A DNA stretch of 64,000 nucleotides from an uncultured Candidatus Saccharibacteria bacterium (lineage in GTDB: Bacteria > Patescibacteriota > Doudnabacteria > UBA920). Below the pieces are notes generated by a model. The model was not told where the DNA came from. It searched no databases and saw nothing but the letters and a program-made list of their open reading frames with translations. A program made the position numbers and the translations under genes. Below, piece after piece: positions 8,274 to 16,894 of the stretch (within the stretch, counting starts at the first letter, position 1; each line of letters begins with the position of its first letter). The DNA lies in assembly GCA_964600695.1 (NCBI GenBank), contig CAZRKK010000001.1, forward strand, positions 63,043 to 127,042. Reading direction: 5' to 3'.

Positions 8274-9191
8274 ATGCGAGGATTAATTTCATTTTTTAGA
8301 ATCGTTAAAAGCGGTACTACTAATTTACGCCGCAACTTATGGCTCGCTGGAGCTTCTACTTTAGTAATGACAGTGACACTGATTATTTTGTCGGTGTTGA
8401 CTTTACTATTCATCATCACCAGCTATTCAGTAGCCTCTATTCAGCAAAGAGTTGATATTAGCGCCTATTTCAAGAGTGATGTTACCGAGGCTAAAGTTCT
8501 AACAATCCGGGATGAAATTAAGCAAGATTCCAGAATCAAAGAGATTAATTACGTTTCTTCAGATCAAGCCCAAGCAGCATTTAAAGAAAAACATAAAGGT
8601 GACCAATTAATAATCGACTCCTTAGGCGAACTTACAGAAAATCCTTTCCCAGCAACTTTGCAAATCAAAGCAACTAATTTGGAAGATTTTCCTGCTATAG
8701 CTGAATCACTCAACAGCGACAAGTACAAGAGTGTAATTCAAGAGGTAAACTTCGAAGACAACAGAGTTATTATCGAAAGACTAAACTCCTTATTAAAATT
8801 TATTATTACCTTTGGTTCGGTTCTAATGGTCGTGTTCTGTTTAATTGCAATTTTGGTAATGTTTAACACGATTGCTCTAACAATTTATAATCGCCGTGAG
8901 GAAGTCGAAATTATGAGACTTGTAGGTGCTACAAACTGGTATATCCGTGGTCCTTTTATTGTCGAAGCCTTCACATATAGTATTATCGCTGCCATTATCA
9001 CCAGCGCCTTACTAATACCGATCTATTTCAACATGCTTCCCAAGATCAGTAACTATCTTACCCCAGGAGCTAATATATTCAACGGTAATGTCACTGTATT
9101 CCTAGGTGTGATTGCTATTCAATTAGGTATCGCCTTTGTACTAAGCACAATCTCAAGCTTATTAGCCATGAGAAAGTACTTACGCATCTAG
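8274..9191 (+). CDS. ftsX: cell-division permease FtsX
   Basis: 305 aa with an N-terminal TM segment, a periplasmic domain, and three C-terminal TM segments (FtsX topology), immediately after ftsE. Confidence 0.85.
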   Translation: MRGLISFFRIVKSGTTNLRRNLWLAGASTLVMTVTLIILSVLTLLFIITSYSVASIQQRVDISAYFKSDVTEAKVLTIRDEIKQDSRIKEINYVSSDQAQAAFKEKHKGDQLIIDSLGELTENPFPATLQIKATNLEDFPAIAESLNSDKYKSVIQEVNFEDNRVIIERLNSLLKFIITFGSVLMVVFCLIAILVMFNTIALTIYNRREEVEIMRLVGATNWYIRGPFIVEAFTYSIIAAIITSALLIPIYFNMLPKISNYLTPGANIFNGNVTVFLGVIAIQLGIAFVLSTISSLLAMRKYLRI

Positions 9192-9208
9192 AGATATCCA
9201 CAGTAAGA

Positions 9209-9236
9209 TTGACATTTCTCAAATTTCGTGTATAAT
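9209..9236 (+). promoter_or_regulatory. consensus sigma70 promoter TTGACA-N16-TATAAT upstream of rplI
   Basis: TTGACA at 9209-9214 and TATAAT at 9231-9236. A hairpin with a long T-tract lies immediately downstream at about 9252-9285. Confidence 0.5.
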
Positions 9237-9251
9237 AAGAAAGAGCCAAAA

Positions 9252-9285
9252 CTCTCGGAAGAGGGTTTTTTATTTTTTTATAACT
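9252..9285 (+). terminator. hairpin plus T-rich tract (AACTCTC-GGAA-GAGGGTT then TTTTTTATTTTTTTAT): ftsX terminator or rplI leader attenuator
   Basis: 7-bp stem including a G-U pair, followed by a T-rich run of 14 or more nt. Confidence 0.5.
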
Positions 9286-9305
9286 AAAAGCTTAAAAACA
9301 ATCAC

Positions 9306-9752
9306 ATGAAAGTCATACTAATAAAGGACGTACCCAAGGTTGGTCGAAGCGGCGAAATTAAAGAAGTTAACGCTGGTTTTGCTACCAATTTTTTAATTAA
9401 AAAAGGTTTAGCTAAGTTAGCAACAGCTGATGCCCAAAAGGACCTAGAAAAAGGTAAGAAAGAATTAACCGCTAAAAAACAAAAAGAGTTAGATAAATTG
9501 CATCTAGCCAAAAAAGAACTGGAACGCAGAACCTTCACAGTAAAAATCAAAACAGGTGATAAAGGGCAAATCTTTGGAGGGGTTCACGAAAAAGATATTG
9601 CCTCTGCAATATTCCAGAAAACAAAAATACAGCTAGATAAATCACAAATTGGAGCTAACAAAGGAATAAAAGAGTTAGGGGAACATATTATAAGCATTAA
9701 GCTAGGGCAGGGAATAACTGCAAATACTAAAATTAATATAGAAAGTCTATGA
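9306..9752 (+). CDS. rplI: 50S ribosomal protein L9
   Basis: MKVILIKDVPKVGRSGEIKEVNAGFATNFLIKKGLA... is the L9 N-domain. The length is 148 aa. Confidence 0.9.
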   Translation: MKVILIKDVPKVGRSGEIKEVNAGFATNFLIKKGLAKLATADAQKDLEKGKKELTAKKQKELDKLHLAKKELERRTFTVKIKTGDKGQIFGGVHEKDIASAIFQKTKIQLDKSQIGANKGIKELGEHIISIKLGQGITANTKINIESL

Positions 9753-10564
9753 TCGAATCAAAAAAATTAGTTGTGCCATTAATTATTTTAATTGTTTTAG
9801 TCCTGCTTTATATCGGAAGCATGGTTCTTAAGACTAAAACTGAAACAGAGACCACAACAAACCAAACTAATCAACAAGATACGATAAAAGATGAATCAAA
9901 TGTAAACGAAGAACCGAAGAATGAAACTTTAAAATTTAAATACGAACTGGTGAGCTTCTATAATGGTGGGAATCCAGAACCTAACCAGAGCTATGATGGT
10001 CAAATCATCCAGACTGACATTATGACTGGCAAAAAAACTACAGTCGTAAAAAGCATTAAATCTGCTTATCCAGCGTTAAAAGAAAATCAGTACAAAAGCT
10101 TTATTCAACTTAATCAATCCACTACCAAGCCTTACCTATACTTAGGAATAGTTTACTATGCCGGAGACGCTCCAATTGGTGGAATTGTTCGGTATGATGG
10201 TGATGCTAACAAGTTTACAGAATTAAAGATTAGCAAGAACTTTAATAGTTTCACTAGCACTGCAAGTAAAGAAAGTGCTTATGCTGCTAGTATTTATAAC
10301 ATTAATGATGGTGATGATACACGATCCCTATTTTTGCTAGATTTTGATGAAGATGCTGTTAAAAGTTTAGCAACATTACCAAGCAATGAAACTTTTAATT
10401 TATGTGAGAAAGTTGGTTGTTTGATGCCATCAGCTCCAGAAATAGAATGGTTATCCGGAGATACTTTTAGAATATCTATCTTTGATCCAGAAAAAGTTGT
10501 GAAAGACAAAAATGGTAACGAAACACAAAAACTTATTGAAACTCGCAAATTTATAATTAAATAG
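9749..10564 (+). CDS. hypothetical secreted or membrane-anchored protein
   Basis: 271 aa with an N-terminal TM/signal-anchor (LVVPLIILIVLVLLYIGSMVL), then a Thr/Asn-rich linker and a beta-rich body. It overlaps the rplI stop by 4 nt. Confidence 0.5.
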   Translation: MIESKKLVVPLIILIVLVLLYIGSMVLKTKTETETTTNQTNQQDTIKDESNVNEEPKNETLKFKYELVSFYNGGNPEPNQSYDGQIIQTDIMTGKKTTVVKSIKSAYPALKENQYKSFIQLNQSTTKPYLYLGIVYYAGDAPIGGIVRYDGDANKFTELKISKNFNSFTSTASKESAYAASIYNINDGDDTRSLFLLDFDEDAVKSLATLPSNETFNLCEKVGCLMPSAPEIEWLSGDTFRISIFDPEKVVKDKNGNETQKLIETRKFIIK

Positions 10565-10577
10565 ACTGAAGTAACTC

Positions 10578-12287
10578 ATGTCATACCAACTCAAAACAAG
10601 AAAAGCTAAAAAGTTAAATACAAAATTCATCTTTGTCTCTGGTGGGGTTATCTCTGGAGTAGGAAAAGGTGTGACGACTTCATCTATAGCCGCACTATTA
10701 CAGTCTAGAGGTTACATTGTTGCTCCAGTTAAATGTGACGCCTATTTAAATGTTGATGCAGGGACTATCCGCCCTCAAGAGCACGGCGAAGTTTTCGTCA
10801 CAGACGATGGCATGGAAACCGATCAAGACTTAGGAAACTACGAACGTTTTTTAAATATTGATCTGTCTAAAGCTAACTATGTAACTAATGGTCAATTGTT
10901 TCAAACTATAATTCAGAAGGAAAGAAATTTTGAATATGACGGTGAAGACGTCGAAGTCGCTCTGCATGTTCCAGAAGAAATTATTAATAGATTAGAACAA
11001 GCGGCTCGAGCTCTTAAAGCTGACTTTGTAATTTGTGAAATTGGCGGCACAGTGGGTGAGTATCAAAACATTTTGTTTATAGAAGCTAATCGAATTATGA
11101 AGTACCGTGACGGTCGCGACACTGCCCATGTGCACGTGGGTTATTTACCAACTCCACCAAGTATCGGTGAAATGAAGTCAAAGCCTACACAAAACTCTGT
11201 GAAGCAATTAATTTCTTCCGGTATTCAACCAGACTTCTTAGTAGCGCGAGCCGAAGGACAATTAGATGATCGTCGTAAAGAAACATTAGCTTGGACTACA
11301 AATATTCCTGTTGAGCATATTATTTCTGCACCTAATGTAGATACAATTTACCGAGTACCAAGTAACTTTGATAAAGAAGGATTTACAGACCAACTGCTGG
11401 AGCACTTTGATATGCCTAACAAAAAGCGCGACCTTAGAAAGTGGAACAACTTTGTTACGAAAATAACAAGAGTTCAGAATTCTAATAAAACTGTGAATGT
11501 TGCTGTTGTTGGTAAATACTTTGATACGGGTGATTTTAAATTGTCGGATGTTTATGTTTCGGTAATCGAAGCTTTAAAGCATGGTTGTTGGGCAAATAAT
11601 ACCAATGTAAAATTAGAATGGATATCTAGTAACACCATAGAAAAGCAGGGTGCCAAAAAAATCCTAGCTGGCTATGATGGAATTTGTGTTCCAGGTGGAT
11701 TTGGAAGTCGGGGAGTAGAAGGTATTATTCAAGCTATCGAATATGCCCGAAAACAAAAAGTTCCTTACCTTGGTTTATGTTACGGAATGCAATTAGCAAC
11801 AATCGAATTTGCTCGCAATGTGGTTCGTTTAAAAACCGCTCACACTACTGAGGTTGATCCTAAAACTCGTCATGCGGTAATTCATATTATGCCAGAACAA
11901 GAAAAGTTACTGCTTGCTCGTGAATATGGTGCAACTATGCGCTTGGGTGCATGGGATTGTGTTTTAGAAAAAGGAACCAAAACAGAGCGCGCTTATGCTA
12001 AAGCTGGTTGGGTAAATCCAAATGGTCGTGGTAAAAATAAGAACACTATTTCGGAGCGTCATCGCCACCGTTATGAATTTAATAATGAATACCGTGAACG
12101 TTTAGAAGCTAAAGGTTTAATCGTTTCTGGTACTACTCCAGACGGCCAACTTGTGGAGATTATAGAATTAAAAGACCATCCATTCTTTGTGGGAACCCAA
12201 TTCCACCCAGAATTTAAATCTCGACCCCTAGACCCACATCCCTTGTTTGTGGAATTTGTTCGTGCTATCCTAAAGCAACAAAAATAG
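10578..12287 (+). CDS. pyrG: CTP synthase
   Basis: N-terminal synthetase motif KFIFVSGGVISGVGKG and a C-terminal class-I glutamine amidotransferase domain (GICVPGGFGSRG...LGLCYGMQL). Confidence 0.92.
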   Translation: MSYQLKTRKAKKLNTKFIFVSGGVISGVGKGVTTSSIAALLQSRGYIVAPVKCDAYLNVDAGTIRPQEHGEVFVTDDGMETDQDLGNYERFLNIDLSKANYVTNGQLFQTIIQKERNFEYDGEDVEVALHVPEEIINRLEQAARALKADFVICEIGGTVGEYQNILFIEANRIMKYRDGRDTAHVHVGYLPTPPSIGEMKSKPTQNSVKQLISSGIQPDFLVARAEGQLDDRRKETLAWTTNIPVEHIISAPNVDTIYRVPSNFDKEGFTDQLLEHFDMPNKKRDLRKWNNFVTKITRVQNSNKTVNVAVVGKYFDTGDFKLSDVYVSVIEALKHGCWANNTNVKLEWISSNTIEKQGAKKILAGYDGICVPGGFGSRGVEGIIQAIEYARKQKVPYLGLCYGMQLATIEFARNVVRLKTAHTTEVDPKTRHAVIHIMPEQEKLLLAREYGATMRLGAWDCVLEKGTKTERAYAKAGWVNPNGRGKNKNTISERHRHRYEFNNEYRERLEAKGLIVSGTTPDGQLVEIIELKDHPFFVGTQFHPEFKSRPLDPHPLFVEFVRAILKQQK

Positions 12288-12292
12288 CTTTT

Positions 12293-12330
12293 AAAAAACC
12301 GCCCCGATTACTCGAGGCGGTCTTTTATTT
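12293..12330. terminator. bidirectional terminator ACCGCC...GGCGGT between pyrG (+) and rpmA (-)
   Basis: 6-bp GC stem with an A-run upstream and TCTTTTATTT downstream. Confidence 0.55.
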
Positions 12331-12337
12331 GTGTGAG

Positions 12338-12643
12338 TTACTTTAGTGTTACTGGTTTTACAGTATCAACTGGTTCAACTTTTACAACACGTGTACTGCG
12401 AAGGTTGCCATGGAACTTTCTTAACATCTTGGTTTGGAATTTTACAATTCCAGTAACAAGAGAATAGAGAGTATCATTGCCACCTTTTTTTACATTAGCA
12501 CCAGCGTGCCATTTGCTACCGTGTTGGCGAACTATAATTTCACCTTTTTGAACGTACTGGTCACCGAAGACCTTTACGCCTAATCGTTTTGATACGGAGT
12601 CTCTACCTAAACCGGTTGAGCCTCCAGCTTTCTTATGAGCCAT
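12338..12643 (-). CDS. rpmA: 50S ribosomal protein L27 with a C-terminal extension
   Basis: [31 protein letters not shown]...[16 protein letters not shown] is the L27 signature. The protein is 101 aa, against about 85 aa typically. Confidence 0.9.
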   Translation of the reverse strand: MAHKKAGGSTGLGRDSVSKRLGVKVFGDQYVQKGEIIVRQHGSKWHAGANVKKGGNDTLYSLVTGIVKFQTKMLRKFHGNLRSTRVVKVEPVDTVKPVTLK

Positions 12644-12652
12644 ATATGGAAG

Positions 12653-13942
12653 TTAATTCTTTTCAAAAATGATGATTTCTCTGGCGACGACTTGGTCTTT
12701 GCGATCATATATTGCCGTTCCACGATCCGTTAGTTTTAGGAAAGGCAGATTTGCAGCCAATTCGAGAGGAATCAAATCTATAAAATTATAGCCAATTTTC
12801 TTAATAAAGTCAAGGTTTTCTAGCTGAACATAAGTAGAGCCCTTTTTATAGGCAGGTAAGCACATTACGACTTTTCCACCGCTCGGCAAAAACTTGAGAA
12901 AATCTTGAAATGCACCTGTATATAATTTAGCTAGGTCATCAAAGTTCTTTTTAATATCAGCCTGAGAAGGGAACTCTCCGTACATTGGCCCAAGATAACC
13001 TTCGGTTACAACGGCGTCAACTTGCTTGAATGCATCTACCTTTTTTAGATGCTCAACTACCTTAGAAACTTCTTTGACGTCCGCAACTTCAATATGAAAC
13101 TTGCCTTTAGGAATCTTGTAACGATTTCGGAACCACTCTAAGTTTTTCTCACTACCTGCGATAGCAATTGGGTTAATGTCTGTGCCAAGAACTCTGTAAC
13201 CTTGTAGTACACCTTCTTGAACAATCGTTCCTATCCCACATAGCGGGTCGAGTAGGGTACTGCCAGCTTTTTGGCCAGCTAAGTTGATCATAATCTGAGC
13301 AACTTTTGGAGGAATCATACCTTGCTTTTCATCACGTACAGGACGCTGATAATCTCGACGACCATAATCTTCGAAGTCTTGAACAACTAAAGTTTTAGCG
13401 ACATACAATTTAGTTGGTGCTGCCAAGATACAAATCTCGGCACCTTTTTCTAATAGGTGATTGTGAGTTACTACAACAGAAGCAAGTGCAAGGCCATTAA
13501 ATTTTGGTAGCACTAATCGAATACTAGAACCACCTTCTTGCATGCCTCGCTTGATGAACATTCCTAAACGTTTTGGTTCTTCAAAAGCTTTAATACTTTC
13601 ATCAAGTAAGTAGACACTAATACCAAATTGAATTTTTCCTTTAGCAGAACCAAGGAAGTCCTTCTTCAATTTACTAGGCTTGAAATAATTTTGTAATGCA
13701 AAGTTAATATAGTCTGTATCTTTCTTCTTGACCTCATTAATAACTTTTAGAATCTTAACTACTCCACCCAATTCTTTCTGAATTTTACGAAAATCTAATT
13801 CTTGATCTGTTTCTACAACTAAGACTTCATGAGACAAATCTAAAACCTTGAGTGTCCAATCATGATTTTGAAAATAAAAAAACAGCTCAGCTAAAGAAAG
13901 TGTATAAACCCGTCCTAAAACAAAAGCATATTTGTGTGCCAT
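12653..13942 (-). CDS. class I SAM-dependent methyltransferase, Trm11/RlmL-like putative RNA methyltransferase with atypical motif IV
   Basis: SAM-binding motif I is LLDPLCGIGTIVQEG. The expected (D/N)PPY motif IV reads VDAVVTEGYLG. The N-terminal approximately 150 aa may be a substrate-binding (THUMP-like) domain. Confidence 0.5.
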   Translation of the reverse strand: MAHKYAFVLGRVYTLSLAELFFYFQNHDWTLKVLDLSHEVLVVETDQELDFRKIQKELGGVVKILKVINEVKKKDTDYINFALQNYFKPSKLKKDFLGSAKGKIQFGISVYLLDESIKAFEEPKRLGMFIKRGMQEGGSSIRLVLPKFNGLALASVVVTHNHLLEKGAEICILAAPTKLYVAKTLVVQDFEDYGRRDYQRPVRDEKQGMIPPKVAQIMINLAGQKAGSTLLDPLCGIGTIVQEGVLQGYRVLGTDINPIAIAGSEKNLEWFRNRYKIPKGKFHIEVADVKEVSKVVEHLKKVDAFKQVDAVVTEGYLGPMYGEFPSQADIKKNFDDLAKLYTGAFQDFLKFLPSGGKVVMCLPAYKKGSTYVQLENLDFIKKIGYNFIDLIPLELAANLPFLKLTDRGTAIYDRKDQVVAREIIIFEKN

Positions 13943-13969
13943 AAATTAAGCCTTAATTATCCTCATATT

Positions 13970-14356
13970 ATGTTGACTAAAATAGAAATAAACTTAGAAA
14001 AAATTAGATTATGGTTTGTGATAATTTTGATTCAAGCAGGGAGCTTTGGAATGGGTATGTACACAGCTCACACTTACTGGATTCCAAAATCACAACCTTT
14101 AAGTACTGTTAATTATACCACAAATCAGGATGAAGCCAAAAATTTAGAGATACCAAGCAAAGATAGCCCTGCCAGTGCAACAACCCCAAACTCTCTCGAT
14201 TTAGACAATTGTACAAGTGTAAAAGGTAACATCTCTGGGACATCCAAGACATATCATATTCCTGGTGGTTCATTCTATGATCGGACAACCCCAGAAATGT
14301 GTTTTGCCACCGAAGCAGAAGCTCAATCAGCTGGTTTTGCAAAATCTTCAAAATAG
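13970..14356 (+). CDS. small membrane-anchored protein with Cys-bracketed C-terminal domain
   Basis: An N-terminal TM segment (LWFVIILIQAGSFGMGMY) is followed by a C-terminal CTSVKGNISGTSKTYHIPGGSFYDRTTPEMCFATEAEAQSAGF module. The ATG lies at 13970. Confidence 0.45.
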   Translation: MLTKIEINLEKIRLWFVIILIQAGSFGMGMYTAHTYWIPKSQPLSTVNYTTNQDEAKNLEIPSKDSPASATTPNSLDLDNCTSVKGNISGTSKTYHIPGGSFYDRTTPEMCFATEAEAQSAGFAKSSK

Positions 14357-14384
14357 CTTCGAAGTAGTTTTGATATAGCCCTAA

Positions 14385-14413
14385 TTGACAAAATAGAATG
14401 TATACAGTATAGT
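14385..14413 (+). promoter_or_regulatory. sigma70-like promoter TTGACA-N17-TATAGT upstream of ORF 14447
   Basis: TTGACA at 14385-14390 and TATAGT at 14408-14413. A GGAGG RBS lies before the ATG at 14447. Confidence 0.45.
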
Positions 14414-14446
14414 GTTGGGTTAGATAAAACCAACCGGAGGAAAAAC

Positions 14447-14710
14447 ATGTGCATGCCAACTCTGCCGTCTAGTGCTTATAATTATAAAATTAAGTTCGAG
14501 TACGAGCAAAACCACTACGAAACCGACTTGTCGTCATTTTTCAAAGAACTGGTCGTGCTACCAGATGGAACAATGCTGGCCATCGAAGGCTGGAACAAAA
14601 TGGAACCGCCTCAAGTAGTTAACATGAGGAAAATCGAACACACGCTCGATAGGTCCAACCCGACCTTCATCGCAATGAGTTTCAACGCTTGTTTGGCAGT
14701 GAAAATTTAA
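14447..14710 (+). CDS. hypothetical small protein
   Basis: 87-aa ORF with a strong GGAGG RBS 8 nt upstream and its own promoter and terminator. Confidence 0.45.
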   Translation: MCMPTLPSSAYNYKIKFEYEQNHYETDLSSFFKELVVLPDGTMLAIEGWNKMEPPQVVNMRKIEHTLDRSNPTFIAMSFNACLAVKI

Positions 14711-14778
14711 ATGGTAATGTTTCTCATTATAGCTTGTACTTTGTACAAGCTTTTTATTTTGCAAATTTTAAAAGAAAA

Positions 14779-14800
14779 GAGTAGGAAACTTTCCTACTCA
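14779..14800. terminator. hairpin GAGTAGGAAA/TTTCCTACTC between convergent genes
   Basis: Perfect 10-bp inverted repeat with A/T runs on either side. Confidence 0.5.
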
Positions 14801-14860
14801 AAAACTAATTTAACAACACATAATGATTAGCCACATCTAATGCTTAACCTCGCACAATGA

Positions 14861-15493
14861 TTAACAACACAGCTTTTTATTGTTGATAATCATACAGCCG
14901 GCGATGAACATAAGAATCGCAATTACAATGTCACCATATAAATGACTTTGAGGAATTCTATGTTCTAACATTCCAGCAACAGCAGCCACTACTCCAGACA
15001 AAACACAAAACACGGACTGCAGAGCTTCGGCCCAACGAGGATCATGCTTGTCGGTACTTTGTTGCCACTTCAAGAACCCCATTGTTCCAGTGGTCAATGT
15101 GAATACCCCCAACATTACCGTTGGCCAAATTACTGTCGATGGAGTTGGTTCTGTTCCTGTCAGTAAGGGCCAAATCAAAGTTGAAAGAGCTAGACCAAAG
15201 AATACAAATGCTACATACTGCGAAGCTTTTCCTTCCCGTTCATGAAATTCATGTTCATGGGGAGTTGTCCCAGCATGCTTATGACTATCTTTGTGTTTAA
15301 TAATATTGCCCAAATAAAATAGTACAACTAAATTTGAGACAAGCTCACCAACACTATCGTGACCAAATGCAAGATAAGCAAACCCTCCATACATTGCAAA
15401 TACAATTGCTGCGAAAATAATTTCGCAAATTATTAAAGTAAGATCCACGCGCCATATCCATTGGGAGGTGCGCTCATTGTCTGTCTTATTCAT
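14861..15493 (-). CDS. integral membrane protein with His-rich loop (possible metal-cation transporter)
   Basis: 210 aa with about 5-6 TM segments and the loop HKDSHKHAGTTPHEHEFHE. Family assignment (CDF-like) is uncertain. Confidence 0.4.
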   Translation of the reverse strand: MNKTDNERTSQWIWRVDLTLIICEIIFAAIVFAMYGGFAYLAFGHDSVGELVSNLVVLFYLGNIIKHKDSHKHAGTTPHEHEFHEREGKASQYVAFVFFGLALSTLIWPLLTGTEPTPSTVIWPTVMLGVFTLTTGTMGFLKWQQSTDKHDPRWAEALQSVFCVLSGVVAAVAGMLEHRIPQSHLYGDIVIAILMFIAGCMIINNKKLCC

Positions 15494-15548
15494 TTTGCTT
15501 CCTCCTAAGGAAATCTAATACTTTACACTATCACACATTTTTGGTACA

Positions 15549-16808
15549 ATGTCAAATATGAACAATAGGATTGGCAAGAATAAAAAACAGGTCTATTTAG
15601 ACAATGCAGCCTCAACACCGCTCCAGAAAGCCATTTTTTTAGCAATGAAGCCATATCTAGAAGGCAAGTTCGGCAACCCATCTAGCTTACATGACCAAGG
15701 TAGAGAATCCAGAACTGCTATAGATGAAAGTCGTTCAAAAGTTGCCCAACTTTTAGGGACGAACCCTAAAGAAATTATATTTACAGCTGGTGGTACCGAA
15801 AGTATCAACCTAGCTATTTTTGGAATCGCTAAAGCCTATCAAGCCAAACATTCAAAGCCTGGAAGAATTATAGTTTCTAAAATTGAGCACGAAGCAGTTT
15901 TAGAATGCGCCAAGGCCCTTCAACAATGGGGATGGAAAATTGATTACCTAGAAGTTAACGACGAAGGATTTATTGATCCACAAGATCTTAAGAAAAAGAT
16001 AAAACCAGATACAGCTTTAATTTCTGTGATGTACGCTAATAATGAAGTTGGAACAATCCAGCCTATAACAGAGATTGGTAAAATTATTACCGGAATAAAT
16101 AAAGTTCGTAACCAAAAAGGATTAGGCCCAATTTATTTTCATACCGATGCTTGCCAAGCCGGGGGAGTGTTGGAGCTAGAAATAAATAAATTAAAAGTTG
16201 ATCTGTTAACCTTGAATGGCTCCAAAATAAATGGCCCTAAAGGTTCCGGAATTTTATCTGTCCGCGCAGGCATTAAATTAGAACCAATCATTTATGGTGG
16301 GGGACAAGAGCGAGGCTTACGCAGTGGCACAGAGAATACTCCAGCCATAGTAGGTTTTGCTACAGCCTTGGAGCTCAGCCAAAAAATGCGCAAACAAACT
16401 ATTACTAAACTCTTAACATTACAACAATACTTAGAATCGCTCTTGCAAAAGAATAAACTCGTAACTATTAACGGTCCTCAGAATAAAAAGCTTAACACAA
16501 CCGAATTTAATGATGGTTTAAAAAAACTACCAGGAACAACAAATTTTTCTGTACGCGGTATCGAAGGTGAAGCTTTAATGTATTATTTAAATAGTGATGG
16601 TTTTGAAGTAGCAACCGGCAGTGCTTGCACCACAGCCTCCGAGGAAGCTTCTCATGTTTTACTGGCTATGAAAGTTAATCCCAAACTCGCTAAGTCGACA
16701 ATAAGATTAAGTCTTAACACAAATATCACCAAACAGGATCTCAAAGCTTTTGTAGACGCTTTAAACCGCTCTATCAAAATAATTGGACGTACAGTTCAGG
16801 ATCTATAG
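15549..16808 (+). CDS. cysteine desulfurase / class V aminotransferase (IscS/NifS family)
   Basis: YLDNAASTPL...GNPSSLHDQG...SGTENTPAIVGF are family motifs. The PLP Lys lies in LTLNGSKINGPKG. Confidence 0.8.
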   Translation: MSNMNNRIGKNKKQVYLDNAASTPLQKAIFLAMKPYLEGKFGNPSSLHDQGRESRTAIDESRSKVAQLLGTNPKEIIFTAGGTESINLAIFGIAKAYQAKHSKPGRIIVSKIEHEAVLECAKALQQWGWKIDYLEVNDEGFIDPQDLKKKIKPDTALISVMYANNEVGTIQPITEIGKIITGINKVRNQKGLGPIYFHTDACQAGGVLELEINKLKVDLLTLNGSKINGPKGSGILSVRAGIKLEPIIYGGGQERGLRSGTENTPAIVGFATALELSQKMRKQTITKLLTLQQYLESLLQKNKLVTINGPQNKKLNTTEFNDGLKKLPGTTNFSVRGIEGEALMYYLNSDGFEVATGSACTTASEEASHVLLAMKVNPKLAKSTIRLSLNTNITKQDLKAFVDALNRSIKIIGRTVQDL

Positions 16809-16813
16809 AAGAC

Positions 16814-16845
16814 TAAAAAATCCCTTGCCTAGCAAGGGTTTTTTG
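16814..16845 (+). terminator. rho-independent terminator CCCTTGC-CTA-GCAAGGG followed by TTTTTT
   Basis: Perfect 7-bp stem and a T6 run after the desulfurase gene. Confidence 0.7.
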
Positions 16846-16894
16846 TAGTATATTAAGCAGTGATTTAAACAATTTTTTGGAGGAAAAATATATA

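Noticed and set aside
14848-14860. 12-mer AACCTCGCACAA shared between 14848 and 55824
   Set aside because: About 100 exact 12-mer repeats are expected by chance in 64 kb (N^2/2 x 4^-12). There is no extended similarity around either copy.
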